DNA of 64,000 nt, from the sequence record PP355766.1. One strand, given 5' to 3'. The notes beneath the pieces were generated by a model. It worked only from the letters and a program-made list of their open reading frames with translations. It was not told the origin of the DNA and made no database searches. The position numbers and the translations under genes were made by a program. Below, in pieces: positions 38,180 to 48,319 of this stretch. Every line of letters starts with the position of its first letter. Positions within the stretch are counted from its first letter, which is position 1.

Positions 38180-38416
38180 TAGTATTTCTGCATAGAGAAA
38201 ACAAAGTTATCATTCAGAATACGATTCAGCTCAGAGTAGGTCTGCGCGTCGCTTGAATGCTGACGAGTAAACGCCAGTGCAAGTTGACCTTTGCCATAAC
38301 CAGTGGTGAGTGGTTTCATTTTATTAGCAGGAATCCAGAACACACCATATGTTACACAGTTTGAACGAAGGGTACGACCCAACTGAGAACGCCCAGAACG
38401 GATATGAGAAAGAACG
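38179..38416 (-). CDS. ndd: Nucleoid disruption protein, C-terminal fragment
   Basis: [20 protein letters not shown] matches T4 Ndd. Confidence 0.88.
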
Positions 38417-38568
38417 ATTTGATTAAAGAACGGTATGGAAAAATTGATTGGATGCTAATGGATGTAAATGTTCCGTTAGTATTAGAAGTTGGACCTAAAA
38501 ACCAGTTTGAAATCATGCGAAATAAACATGACAAATTAATGTATCGCTTTGTTCCAAGCGGATATTAA
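38417..38568 (+). CDS. Small protein upstream of 24.2, C-terminal fragment (24.3-like position)
   Basis: Open frame ending RFVPSGY*. Confidence 0.45.
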
Positions 38569-38595
38569 TTGCTTTAAAAATCGATGTGGTATAAT
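38569..38595 (+). promoter_or_regulatory. T4-type middle promoter
   Basis: MotA box TTGCTTTA then TATAAT. Confidence 0.75.
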
Positions 38596-38681
38596 GGGCT
38601 CAGGGGAAATCCTCTGATACCATTACCCTTGTCAAAAATAGATGGACTCCTGGTTTTATATTATTTATTGAGAGAAAAATT

Positions 38682-38939
38682 ATGAACCTTGCCGATAGAA
38701 TGGCTAATACTGCTATTAACGTAGCCACAGAAGAATTATCAGCAGCAAAAGAAGAAGTATTAACTCAGATTGAGAAAACCGCTTTAGCGGGTAAGCGTGA
38801 GCTAATTATGTATCCGAGTAGTCTAGTTAAGAAACACATTACAAGTGTTCTTAATTATTTGCATGATGAAGGATTTGTTACAAATTATACCAGTTCCCAG
38901 CGTAACGGTGATACTGACTTTATGAAAATCACATTCTAA
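38682..38939 (+). CDS. gp24.2-like protein
   Basis: 85 aa, directly upstream of rnlB as in T4. Confidence 0.6.
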   Translation: MNLADRMANTAINVATEELSAAKEEVLTQIEKTALAGKRELIMYPSSLVKKHITSVLNYLHDEGFVTNYTSSQRNGDTDFMKITF

Positions 38940-38949
38940 GGAAATTATA

Positions 38950-39957
38950 ATGTTTGCAAAATATTCTAGTCTCGAGAATCATTACAACGGTAAGTTCATC
39001 GAGAAGATTCGTGGTGCTGGTTTTGATATGCATACTGTTGAGTGGGTGGCTCGTGAGAAGATTCATGGCACTAACTTCAGTGTGATTATTACTCCTACCG
39101 AAATCGTTCCGGCTAAGCGTACTGGACCTATTTTAGAAAGTGAAAGTTTCTTTGGTCATGATATTATCATGAAGAAATATAAGGATTCTTTCGTTAAGAT
39201 GCAGAACATGCTGAACGCCATGGATTTAGTATCTGTTCAAATCTTTGGCGAATTTGCTGGCGGTGGCATTCAGAAGGGCGTAGATTATGGTGAGAAAGAT
39301 TTCTACGTGTTTGATATCCTGTCGGACTCCGGTAATGAAAAAGTTTATTGGGACGATTATGTAGTAGAATCGTTTGCTACTGGTCTTGGTCTTAAATTGG
39401 CTCCACTTCTTGGTCGAGGTTCATTTGCCGAGCTATCTCAGTATGTAAATGACTTTAAATCTATTGTCAATTACTATAATGAGCTTGTTGACACGACTGA
39501 CCTTGAACACGCAAATAAACATGTGTTCGGTCCGCAGGCTTCTTCTGAAACTGGCGTAGCTGAAGGCTATGTTCTTAAGCCGGTTCATCCTAAGTTCTTC
39601 AATAATGGTACTCGTGTTGCTATTAAGTGTAAGAACTCTAAGTTCAGTGAGAAGGCTAAATCCGATAAGCCTATTAAAGCGAAGGTTGAACTCACCGAGA
39701 ATGATAAGCGTGTTCTGGAAATCTTTTCTGAATATGTAACCTGGAACCGTGTAAGTAACGTTCTGTCTCATATTGGTACTGTAACTGCTAAAGATTTCGG
39801 TCGTGTTATGGGTCTGACTATGAAAGATATCATTAACGAAGCAGCACGTGAAGGTCATGACATGCTATTCGCTGATAATCCTTCTGCTGTTAAGAAAGAA
39901 ATCACTACTTTAATTCAAAACACTATTCGTAGTAAATGGCATGAGGTTTTAGAATAA
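38950..39957 (+). CDS. rnlB: RNA ligase 2
   Basis: KYSSLENHY, REKIHGTNFS, FGEFAG, EGYVLK, KCKNSKF. Confidence 0.95.
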   Translation: MFAKYSSLENHYNGKFIEKIRGAGFDMHTVEWVAREKIHGTNFSVIITPTEIVPAKRTGPILESESFFGHDIIMKKYKDSFVKMQNMLNAMDLVSVQIFGEFAGGGIQKGVDYGEKDFYVFDILSDSGNEKVYWDDYVVESFATGLGLKLAPLLGRGSFAELSQYVNDFKSIVNYYNELVDTTDLEHANKHVFGPQASSETGVAEGYVLKPVHPKFFNNGTRVAIKCKNSKFSEKAKSDKPIKAKVELTENDKRVLEIFSEYVTWNRVSNVLSHIGTVTAKDFGRVMGLTMKDIINEAAREGHDMLFADNPSAVKKEITTLIQNTIRSKWHEVLE

Positions 39958-40500
39958 TGAGATTGGCGCTTATTGGTTCACGAGAAGCGCCACGCAGAGT
40001 TCTGAGTCTAATGACTACAATAGGTCAACGCCTCTCGGAAGAGGGGCATTTTTCATATTCAGGTGGAGCTCCGGGTTCAGATGAAGCGTGGTTGGCGAAA
40101 TACGATAGGTCAAATTCTTGTAGGATTATTCCTTATTCTGGCTTTTGTGGCCATGTTCCTGGTACAGGTGTTGTTGTATGGTCTGAATTATCAAACGAAG
40201 CCAAAATCAAAAGCATCATTAAGGCGAGAGAAGTTACGTCGTACTGGGATGAATGCTCGAAGATAGTGCAGACTTTATTCGCACGGAATTCTATGCAGGT
40301 ATTGGGCCTAGAATGCACTGAGCCTGTAGATAAGGTATTATATTGGGCGCCTGAGAAAAGATGCGGGAGTGTATCTGGAGGGACGAGAGTAGCTGTTGAT
40401 ATAGCTCGCAGGCACGGGATAGAATGTGTTAATCTATACGATAAGAAAGTGTTTAAATCCCTCGAGGAGGAATACTCTCCGAAGTTTGACATATTTAGTT
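39957..40500 (+). CDS. SLOG/DprA-like Rossmann protein, 3' end at junction
   Basis: IGSRE, SGGAPGSD, FARNSMQVLG, GGTRVAV..A...GI.CVNL. Confidence 0.65.
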
Positions 40501-40532
40501 TTTTCATCGTGTTTCTCTCAGTTTGTTAATGT

Positions 40533-40567
40533 AGAGCCATTATATAATGGCTCTTTCATAAAGTAAA
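40533..40567 (-). promoter_or_regulatory. Early-type promoter with perfect 22-bp palindrome over -10
   Basis: TTTAC...AGAGCCATTAT|ATAATGGCTCT. Confidence 0.75.
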
Positions 40568-40570
40568 TAG

Positions 40571-40738
40571 TTATCGGTGAGAAATTTCACATCCAACATC
40601 GACGCCGAACAGATACCCAGCTTCCCACCCTTTAGCCATCATAGCCTTGGCCACCAGAACCATCGTTGGAGAGATTTTCGGGAGGATTTCCCGGTTGAAC
40701 CACTCTTCAAAGTTTTCATCGAACTCAAACTCTTCCAT
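40571..40738 (-). CDS. Small acidic hypothetical protein (55 aa)
   Basis: MEEFEFDENFEEWFNREILP; coupled to dexA. Confidence 0.6.
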   Translation of the reverse strand: MEEFEFDENFEEWFNREILPKISPTMVLVAKAMMAKGWEAGYLFGVDVGCEISHR

Positions 40739-41427
40739 TAGCCACGCCCCTTAGGTAAACTCAAAGGATCGGTATCTTCTGGACTTGGTGCTTCGCTTAG
40801 GCCTAGAGCATAACGTTGAGCATATTTAAGCATTAAAATATCCTTAGCACAGTCATGGATACTATCATGCGCGATAAACCCGTCGAGCGTACCCTTTGGA
40901 AGAGGAGTAGTTGTCAGCCCACGAGTCAGAAGCAGCGATTCAATTGCAGTACGAATGTCACGCTGATTCCAGAACTTGCATGGTTCTTCTTTAAATGTAT
41001 CAATTTCTTCTTCGGAAATTCCTTGGGCTCGTTGAACATCGCGAAGACAATCAACAAAAATTGGAAAGTCAAAGCTCTGTCCACGACACCAGCCAAAGGA
41101 ATCCCATGGGTGAATTCCATTATCAATCAGATATTGCTGAGCTTCTTTAATTCCAGCAATTACTGATAAATCGTCTGGCGTTGAGGCCAGGTTAGCACGG
41201 GCCTCAGCTGATTGTTTCTTCCACCACTCAAGAGTAGACTTACCAAACAACCGATGACCTTTCTGGGATTTAAGGTCAAACTTAATACGATGACCACGTT
41301 TAACCAATTCATCGAAGCTTTCCAGAACTTCAGGGTCAGAATCAAAGGTTATTAGAGCAAGGTCAATCACAGAAGAGCTTGACACATTTCCGAATGTTTC
41401 AAAATCAATAATAAAGTCTTTAGCCAT
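40738..41427 (-). CDS. dexA: Exonuclease A
   Basis: IIDFETFG, WCRGQSFDFPI, HDSIHDCAKD. Confidence 0.93.
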   Translation of the reverse strand: MAKDFIIDFETFGNVSSSSVIDLALITFDSDPEVLESFDELVKRGHRIKFDLKSQKGHRLFGKSTLEWWKKQSAEARANLASTPDDLSVIAGIKEAQQYLIDNGIHPWDSFGWCRGQSFDFPIFVDCLRDVQRAQGISEEEIDTFKEEPCKFWNQRDIRTAIESLLLTRGLTTTPLPKGTLDGFIAHDSIHDCAKDILMLKYAQRYALGLSEAPSPEDTDPLSLPKGRG

Positions 41428-41674
41428 TTTGAGCCTCTAGCATAAATTTAATTTCGCGTAACTGGCAACCAATATATTCGCTCAGATACACCTTTGGGTC
41501 ATATCCTGTGAACCAAGTAATAGCATTAGCATTATCTGCTATATCACGAAGCTCATTCAGAACTGTATCAATTTTAATGTTAATAGCACGCTTAACATTA
41601 TCCGGTGCTTCAAACTTAGATTCTTGTAAGCCAACAATCATTGTTTGAAGGTCTTCTAATTTCAATTCAAACAT
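41420..41674 (-). CDS. DexA.1-like hypothetical protein
   Basis: Between dda and dexA. Confidence 0.6.
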   Translation of the reverse strand: MFELKLEDLQTMIVGLQESKFEAPDNVKRAINIKIDTVLNELRDIADNANAITWFTGYDPKVYLSEYIGCQLREIKFMLEAQNG

Positions 41675-41680
41675 ATTACC

Positions 41681-42422
41681 TCACACATAGAATACATCAT
41701 AACGACCACGAGTAGTACCAACATATAATAACTGCTGTGCGAGAGAAGCATCTGCCATGTGAATGCATGGAGTATAAATGAAGCTTCTGTCAATTGAGAT
41801 GCCCTGAGCCTTATGGAAAGTCGAAGCTGGTAATGCTTTCACTTTATGAAACTTACGCTTAGCATCCCAGAACTCAGACCAAGGAGCTTTACCTCCTTTA
41901 TTCCAATTCTTATATGTATCTGCAGTTTTTGCCAAGAAGAATTGAAACTTATTCATTTCTTCTTCGGATGAGATGACACAGATTTTCTCTCTAGCGTACT
42001 CTTCATCGTCGCCATAGGTTTCAATATCTAATACCCAATGACGAACCAGATATTCACCTGGAACACCTCTGGCACCCAAAAACGTGGTGGTTTCAACTGC
42101 ATCTAATATGCGAACAAACTGACCATTATTGAAAAGAATTTCGCTGAATTTCTTCCCTTCAAATTTAAGTTCCTTGGTAAGAGGTTCTTGCATAACAACA
42201 ATCTCACCTACTACGAATGGTCGTTCAGTTTCATAGATTCTGCGTCTGATTATTTCATTCAATTTATCCACAGATTTATTCGTGAATGCAAGCATTCTGT
42301 TTTCAAATAAATCTTCTGGTGTTTTAACTAAATTAAAATAATTTAGCATAAAATCTTTAAGGGCGGTTCCTTTAGTAAAACCACGGACGCCATGACCATC
42401 AACTACACAGTCTCTCGAAATA
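41681..42422 (-). CDS. dda: Dda helicase, C-terminal fragment
   Basis: STFHKAQG, LLYVGTTRGR; N-terminal part at 44250-44769. Confidence 0.92.
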
Positions 42423-42441
42423 ACATACTGAGGAGATTACA

Positions 42442-42885
42442 ATGAAATCGTTACTTGCTGTTATTGTTGCTCTCACGCTGACTGGTTGTCAAATGCCACA
42501 AGGTGATATCGTCCCGGCTTCTTCTGTTGGACAGGTGCGAGCAATTGGCGGTACTGTAGGATACTATCGTGCTAGCAACCAGGTCTCTGCTGAATCGCTC
42601 GCGGTAGAGCGTCGTTTGGCGAAAGAAAAAGCTAATCCTAATCGTCAGCTATCTGCGATGGAACTCGACATGATTGAGCAAAATAAGCATGAACTGGAAG
42701 AAATTAAGCGTCTGCGTAAAACTCAAAAAGAACGTACATGTACTGCTCAAGCGGCAGCAGTGAATGACCAGATTCGTTTAACTGATTTTGCTAACGGCGG
42801 ATTGAGTTATAATGAGCATAAACAACGTATGGAGCAGTTAAAATCTCTCCAAAATCACATCTACAACAAATGCATGTCTAACTGA
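42442..42885 (+). CDS. Imm.1-like lipoprotein
   Basis: MKSLLAVIVALTLTGC lipobox; upstream of imm. Confidence 0.6.
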   Translation: MKSLLAVIVALTLTGCQMPQGDIVPASSVGQVRAIGGTVGYYRASNQVSAESLAVERRLAKEKANPNRQLSAMELDMIEQNKHELEEIKRLRKTQKERTCTAQAAAVNDQIRLTDFANGGLSYNEHKQRMEQLKSLQNHIYNKCMSN

Positions 42886-42895
42886 GGAGATTAAC

Positions 42896-43102
42896 ATGGA
42901 AGCAGTATTTGGTTTAATCATTCTTTTCTTCATCTATTTTTTGCCGACCTTTGTAGCTTGCAGTCGTAAGCATAAATCACGGGGTGGAATCTTTATCACA
43001 AATCTAGTATTCGGTTGGTCCATTATCGGTTGGTTAATTGCGCTGATTTGGTCTGCTTCTAACGCACAGCAGAATACAATTATTATCCAGCAAGTTAAAT
43101 AA
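42896..43102 (+). CDS. imm: Superinfection immunity membrane protein
   Basis: YFLPTFVA..RKH...IFITNLVFGWSIIGWLIALIWS. Confidence 0.9.
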   Translation: MEAVFGLIILFFIYFLPTFVACSRKHKSRGGIFITNLVFGWSIIGWLIALIWSASNAQQNTIIIQQVK

Positions 43103-43110
43103 GAGGTCTC

Positions 43111-43845
43111 ATGATTGTAACTCCAATGACAGTACAAGATATCCGTCAAGAATTCGCTGATGCTTTGCTCAACAAAGAATTTGTGATTGATAAGACGGGT
43201 GTGAAGACTATTGAAATCGTAGGTGCATCATTTATTGCAGATGAAAACCTAATTTTTGGCGCAGTTAATGATGGATATATTGCTCGGGAACTTGAGTGGT
43301 ATAAATCTCAAAGTTTATTCGTTAAAGATATTCCAGGTGAAACCCCAGCTATTTGGAAAGCAATTGCATCCAAGCATGGTGAGATTAATTCTAACTATGG
43401 CTGGGCAGTTTGGTCATCACAAAACTATTCACAGTTTGCTAACTGTGCAAAAGAACTTATCAGTAATCCTGATTCTCGCCGCGGAATTATGATTTATACA
43501 CGACCTCAAATGCAGTATGATTTTGAGCGCGATGGCATGAGTGATTTCATGTGTACTAACAATGTTCAGTATCTGATTCGTGATAATAAAGTTCATGCTG
43601 TTGTAAACATGCGTTCTAACGATGTCGTCTTTGGATATCGTAATGACTATGCATGGCAGCTCTATGTTCTGGAACAGTTAACCAAACTTCTGAATGCATC
43701 AGGTAAAAATTATTCAGTTGGTGACATTATTTGGAATGTCGGGTCTTTGCACGTGTATGAGCGTCATTTCTATCTTGTTGATAACTATGCTCACACGGGT
43801 GAAACTCATATTGCAAAGAAAGATTATAAAGGTGAATGGAAATGA
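43111..43845 (+). CDS. gp42: dCMP hydroxymethylase
   Basis: DKTGVKTIEI, DSRRG, DFMCTN, MRSND, GSLHVY; T4-type. Confidence 0.96.
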   Translation: MIVTPMTVQDIRQEFADALLNKEFVIDKTGVKTIEIVGASFIADENLIFGAVNDGYIARELEWYKSQSLFVKDIPGETPAIWKAIASKHGEINSNYGWAVWSSQNYSQFANCAKELISNPDSRRGIMIYTRPQMQYDFERDGMSDFMCTNNVQYLIRDNKVHAVVNMRSNDVVFGYRNDYAWQLYVLEQLTKLLNASGKNYSVGDIIWNVGSLHVYERHFYLVDNYAHTGETHIAKKDYKGEWK

Positions 43846-44250
43846 TTCAGTTTGTAATTCCAAGTTATAAGCGTGCCGGGGCAGTAACTGCCCTGACTAT
43901 GTTTCCTGAAGGTTATGTTCCACATCTTGTAGTACGTGAATCAGAAAAAGAAGCATACGAAACTTGGCACGGTCATGCTGCTAAAATCGTTACTGTCCCC
44001 GATGATGTTGATGGAATTGCAGGAACTCGTCGTCTGATTACTGAAATGTATGCAGGACAACGAATTTGGATGCTTGATGACGATACGACCATTCATCTGA
44101 CTGAAATTCGTGAACGCGACGATCGCCGTGTTCCACTTGGTGTCGGCGAGGCAATGAGTCAAGAGGTATTTGATGATATGGTCAAATACGTAGAGACTGC
44201 TATGGATTGTGGTTATTATCATGGTCATGCTCGCTTGCCGATTTTCAAAA
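43842..44250 (+). CDS. Beta-glucosyl-HMC alpha-glucosyltransferase, N-terminal fragment
   Basis: MIQFVIPSY.R.GAV, GIAGTR, QRIWMLDDD as in T2/T6-type enzyme. Confidence 0.85.
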
Positions 44251-44769
44251 TTGTAAGAAATCTTTATGAGTGAAGAATGGACTCAGTGCAGGTTCATTAC
44301 TTCCAGGTTCTACCGGACGTATCTGAGCCTTATCACCAATGGCAATGACAATACACCAGGCAGGAATAGTTGCCATCAAAATCTTAAACAGCTTACGGTC
44401 ATACATTGAAGCTTCATCGCAGATGAGAACTCGAATAGATGCCATATCCGGAACTTTCTTTTGTTCAAACAGAACGTTTTCTTCATATGTCGTCGGGTTA
44501 ATTTTCAGAAGACTATGAATAGTACTGGCCTGCATTCCGCTGAGCTTAGATAAAACCTTTTTGGCCCCATGCGTAGGTGCTGCCAACGCAATGCCAGAGA
44601 TACCCTGAGAAATCAAAGCGTCAATGATAAATTTGGTTAAAGTTGTTTTACCTGTACCGGCAGGTCCATTAATCGTAATATGTTGACCTTTAGCTCCTTG
44701 TTTGACCATTTCAATGACTTTATTAAAAATCGCTTTTTGACTTTCTTTTAATTGGTCAAACGTAATCAT
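44250..44769 (-). CDS. dda: Dda helicase, N-terminal fragment
   Basis: GPAGTGKT, CDEASM, GDKAQ. Confidence 0.92.
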
Positions 44770-45080
44770 GCCACTTTTACCCTCACTACATGTAGATTTT
44801 TAATTTTTGCTTTGAGTTTTTCGCGCTCAACATCGCTAAGTGGTTCATACACCAGCTCAGATGTTTTCCACCAAAGCATCCCTTTGGTTTTGCTTTTCCC
44901 AGTAAAATTCCCTTTTGCTAATTTGTCTGTTAAAACCGACATTGTACGAATCCGTGCTTTATTGGCTGATTCTTCATTAGTGAAGACCACACATCGTTCT
45001 CCATCGTACATATCAGTTGTGACTGGATGGTCAAATCCGTCTTTATCCTTATACGCTACTACATATCCATAGTGTTGCAT
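44766..45080 (-). CDS. Dda.1-like protein
   Basis: GYVVAYKDKDG; between srd and dda. Confidence 0.7.
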   Translation of the reverse strand: MQHYGYVVAYKDKDGFDHPVTTDMYDGERCVVFTNEESANKARIRTMSVLTDKLAKGNFTGKSKTKGMLWWKTSELVYEPLSDVEREKLKAKIKNLHVVRVKVA

Positions 45081-45838
45081 TACATTTTACCTCTCAAAAG
45101 TTGGAAGAAGGACGCAGTCAATGGAAGACCTTTTTTCAATTTTAACTTATCTAACATTGAGCATTCTTCTAACCGACGAAGTGAGTTAACAATTAACCGT
45201 ATTGATTGTACACGGATTTCAGCATCTGACGGACGATTCGGAACTGACGCTAAAATAGCAGATAACTTACGCTCAACTTTAGCTAATTCAGACTTACCAC
45301 CACTGATACGAGTTCTCAATGCATTAATAAGTTCTAAATCTGCCGAGGTTGCAGTTCCATTCTTTTCTTTTTGCACAAATTGAGAAAGATGATTTTCGCG
45401 ATTACGTAAGTTAGTTTTAATTGATGCGATAGTTTTTTCATACTCGCTAATCTTTTCCAAGCGAGACGCTTCTTTATCACTTGTAGGTTTAACAGAATCA
45501 GAAGAGCGAACTATGCGTGCCGCAATTTCATTCGCTTTTCGTTCAAGGCCTTCAATCGTATTATTTCCACGCAAAGTATTATACTTTTGCTTAACAGGAA
45601 TAACATTCCCCATTACATATCCCAAGTCATTATTCCAACGCTCGAGCGTCATGCTGTCAGGATGATTTCCTTTAACAGTTCCAAACTTTTCGCCTGAGTA
45701 TGCACAGTGTGTCTGTTGCATGATGTTAAACAGATATTCTGGGGTGAGATTGAACTCCTTGTGCCGACGTTGAGCAGAACCTAAAGTTGTAATTAAACGA
45801 GTATAAACTTTAGCGGTTTCAGCAGTAAATTTCATCAT
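45080..45838 (-). CDS. srd: Srd anti-sigma/decoy protein
   Basis: SAQRRHKEFNLT, TCAYSGE-like, LERWNND.GYV.GNV. Confidence 0.82.
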   Translation of the reverse strand: MMKFTAETAKVYTRLITTLGSAQRRHKEFNLTPEYLFNIMQQTHCAYSGEKFGTVKGNHPDSMTLERWNNDLGYVMGNVIPVKQKYNTLRGNNTIEGLERKANEIAARIVRSSDSVKPTSDKEASRLEKISEYEKTIASIKTNLRNRENHLSQFVQKEKNGTATSADLELINALRTRISGGKSELAKVERKLSAILASVPNRPSDAEIRVQSIRLIVNSLRRLEECSMLDKLKLKKGLPLTASFFQLLRGKM

Positions 45839-45915
45839 GTTTTCCTCAAAAATGCTTTCGTCTTACGGACGGTATAATGGGTCTAGGTCCCTAGTTCTAG
45901 ATAATCACTAGTTGA

Positions 45916-46078
45916 CTAAGCTATAGTAACACTAAAGTAGTCCATAAGTAAACCAGATTTTTCAACTTTGTTATGACCCACCACTTTGAACTTAGTTCCC
46001 ATCGGTAGCATCCTTTCTTGTTCTTTATCAATCATCTCGATGTCAGCGCTTCTGCGCTGAGCAATGTTATCAATCAAC
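45916..46078 (-). CDS. ModA/ModB-type ADP-ribosyltransferase, C-terminal fragment
   Basis: EQERMLPMGTKFKVV ExE-type motif; upstream of srd as in T4. Confidence 0.6.
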
Positions 46079-46762
46079 ACGGTCATTAAATAACTGAACA
46101 TATTGCCAGTTCTGTCCTTTATCATTTGATACCTTGACCATGTGTTGGAATCTTTCAAACAGATACAAAATTCCGTCTATTTCTCCCAGCATAGTTCTAT
46201 TTTTATCAACACACACTGCTTCAATAGGTCCCTGAATTTCATGATATCCAGATTCACCTACAACGAAGTTTTCAATAGCTGATAAATGAGAATATTCAGG
46301 ACTAAACTGAAAAGACTCAGTCATCAAAGATGCCATCATGGCAGATGTGTTGAAGTTAACATACGACATGTTGTTTAAAGAAAACTTCTGTTTAATGAAT
46401 TCTTTCACTAAACTGAATTCTTGCATGTGCTCAAATGTGTATGCGTTTTCTTCAAAAGTTTGGAACTCTTCTGTTTCAACCCATTCAGACGGCTCAAACC
46501 CTGCTGACGTAGTTTGAACACGCATTTTATAATAAGTAAGCGGTTCAATACGATTTTGTTCGAACCAATCATTATCCGCGGTATAACCCAGTGAAGACCA
46601 ACTCAAGTTATCAGCGGGGATAACTTCCCCCGCTCTGTTTCGAGTTTCGGCCAGTTCTACAAAATAGTAGAAGTTTGCACCAACGTCATCCCAACGAATA
46701 TTGACCTGATTCGCAGATAGCTTATGAATTCGTAAGCTGGTGACGAACGGTGCAATTGTCAT
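46079..46762 (-). CDS. gp7: Baseplate wedge gp7, N-terminal fragment
   Basis: APFVTSLRI.KLSANQV.I.WDDVGANFYYFVE. Confidence 0.92.
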
Positions 46763-47541
46763 TGAGTAATAGGCTCCAATTTAATAGTTGTGTATTGAGG
46801 ACGAAGGTCATTCTCAAATACGATAAGTGTTCCATCGCGGGCGAATATGATATCCTGAGTAGGAGTAGAATAAAGCTCAATACTCTGGTCTTCAAACTGA
46901 AGAGGATCGGCTCCAATAGCTCCAAGGCTCCAGTAAATATTATCACCATAATAATCTACTTCACCGATTTTGTACCAACGAGTTCTTTCTCCATTAGTAG
47001 TTCTATCAAAATCGTCTTCAGTATATGGCTGAATATGAGTATTCTCTTTAATATCACCTGGTTTAAATGGTCCAATGACCATATTTCCTTTACCATTTTT
47101 ATCTGGGTCAGTTCCAACGATATTAACTGGATATGAATCTGCAGTTGGAGTGACAGTAAAGACCAAATCACCAGAACGTAACGTCCGCGGAGTAATAGTA
47201 TTATAGTATTTAATACCTGCGCTAGGAAGAGTGAAATAGTTGACAATTTCACGAACCATCTGAATATCAACAGAAGAACCGATGATTGAATGGTCAGTAT
47301 CATCAATATAGGTCAATAATTTAGATTTACTGAAATTTTTGTTAAACATTTCAACTTCATCAACGTAATATCTATTAATTGAGTCTATAATTTTTGACTG
47401 TAACCACTGCTCAGATTCTTGTAACTTATTCAGCGCATAAGAAGCTTTAATATTATGACGAATGAATAAGTAATCTGGGCTCATTACCGAAGGAGTAATC
47501 GGAGCAAGACAGAAAGGTTTTAGATAATCCTGAATGTCTTC
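46759..47541 (-). CDS. gp6: Baseplate wedge gp6, C-terminal fragment
   Basis: LAPITPSVMSPDY...RDGTLIVFENDLRPQYT. Confidence 0.92.
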   Translation of the reverse strand, partial: EDIQDYLKPFCLAPITPSVMSPDYLFIRHNIKASYALNKLQESEQWLQSKIIDSINRYYVDEVEMFNKNFSKSKLLTYIDDTDHSIIGSSVDIQMVREIVNYFTLPSAGIKYYNTITPRTLRSGDLVFTVTPTADSYPVNIVGTDPDKNGKGNMVIGPFKPGDIKENTHIQPYTEDDFDRTTNGERTRWYKIGEVDYYGDNIYWSLGAIGADPLQFEDQSIELYSTPTQDIIFARDGTLIVFENDLRPQYTTIKLEPITQ

Positions 47542-47549
47542 TCAAATTA

Positions 47550-47626
47550 CTCCGTATAGCTCAGTCTGGTAGAGCGCTCCATTTGGGATGGAGAGGTCGA
47601 ATGTTCGAGTCATTCTATGGAGACCA
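47550..47626 (+). tRNA. tRNA-Pro(TGG)
   Basis: Loop TT-TGG-GA, CCA end. Confidence 0.92.
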
Positions 47627-47632
47627 AATTAA

Positions 47633-47776
47633 CGGTATGACACAATACAAGATGGTGTAAGCTGAGTAGCGGGATTGCAGTCTCGTTCAGATATGCTATC
47701 GAGTATGGGTGATATATTAAACACATGGATTCTGCAAAGTCAATGTGACTCGGTTCGAGGCCGGGCATACCGTCCA
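47633..47776 (+). ncRNA. 144 nt tRNA-like RNA with inserted domain (size and ends like T4 species 1 RNA)
   Basis: CGGTATG/CATACCG + T + CCA; T arm CTCGG-TTCGAGG-CCGGG; multibranched interior. Confidence 0.75.
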
Positions 47777-47801
47777 ATCACTTGCCATTGAGAATTATAT
47801 T

Positions 47802-47954
47802 ATGAAATATTACGGCTTCAAAACATCCCATTTCGGGAAAGCATATCGTACAGAAAACATTGATAGACGTCGAGCATATTACGAATCACTGCATAAAGCA
47901 GGACGTTCTCGTGCACGACAAGAAGGCCAAAAACAAGCGAAGGAAATAGAATGA
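47802..47954 (+). CDS. Small basic hypothetical protein
   Basis: MKYYGFKTSHFG. Confidence 0.55.
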   Translation: MKYYGFKTSHFGKAYRTENIDRRRAYYESLHKAGRSRARQEGQKQAKEIE

Positions 47955-48319
47955 ATATTTTTATTGGTGTATCAAATGACGTAAATGCTATTACGGTGAA
48001 GCTGTCTTTGGATGGACCGGTTAATTTAGCATTAGGGCTTTCATCTTGTGCTAAACGGGATTTAATGATTAACGCTGACTTTGCATATGCATTTGATGAA
48101 CGCAAAGGTATGTGGGTTTGGATTAAATATCGATACGACACATTACTCAAATATGAGTACTTTAGTGAACGTGATATTCAAGAAATTATTGCTTATCACT
48201 CTGGGTGTAAAATTAATAAACTGCGGCAAGTTACTCCGTTAACCGCTGATACTAATGTAGAGCAACTTGTATTAGATTTTAAACAAATTTGCCAGGCGAA
48301 ATATGATGAAAGATTCTAA
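47951..48319 (+). CDS. Hypothetical protein
   Basis: 122 aa, coupled ORF. Confidence 0.65.
   Translation: MNIFIGVSNDVNAITVKLSLDGPVNLALGLSSCAKRDLMINADFAYAFDERKGMWVWIKYRYDTLLKYEYFSERDIQEIIAYHSGCKINKLRQVTPLTADTNVEQLVLDFKQICQAKYDERF

Noticed and set aside
41681-44769. dda split by an inverted imm/gp42 cassette
   Set aside because: The two dda parts sit on separate contigs that happen to flank a third; not an insertion.
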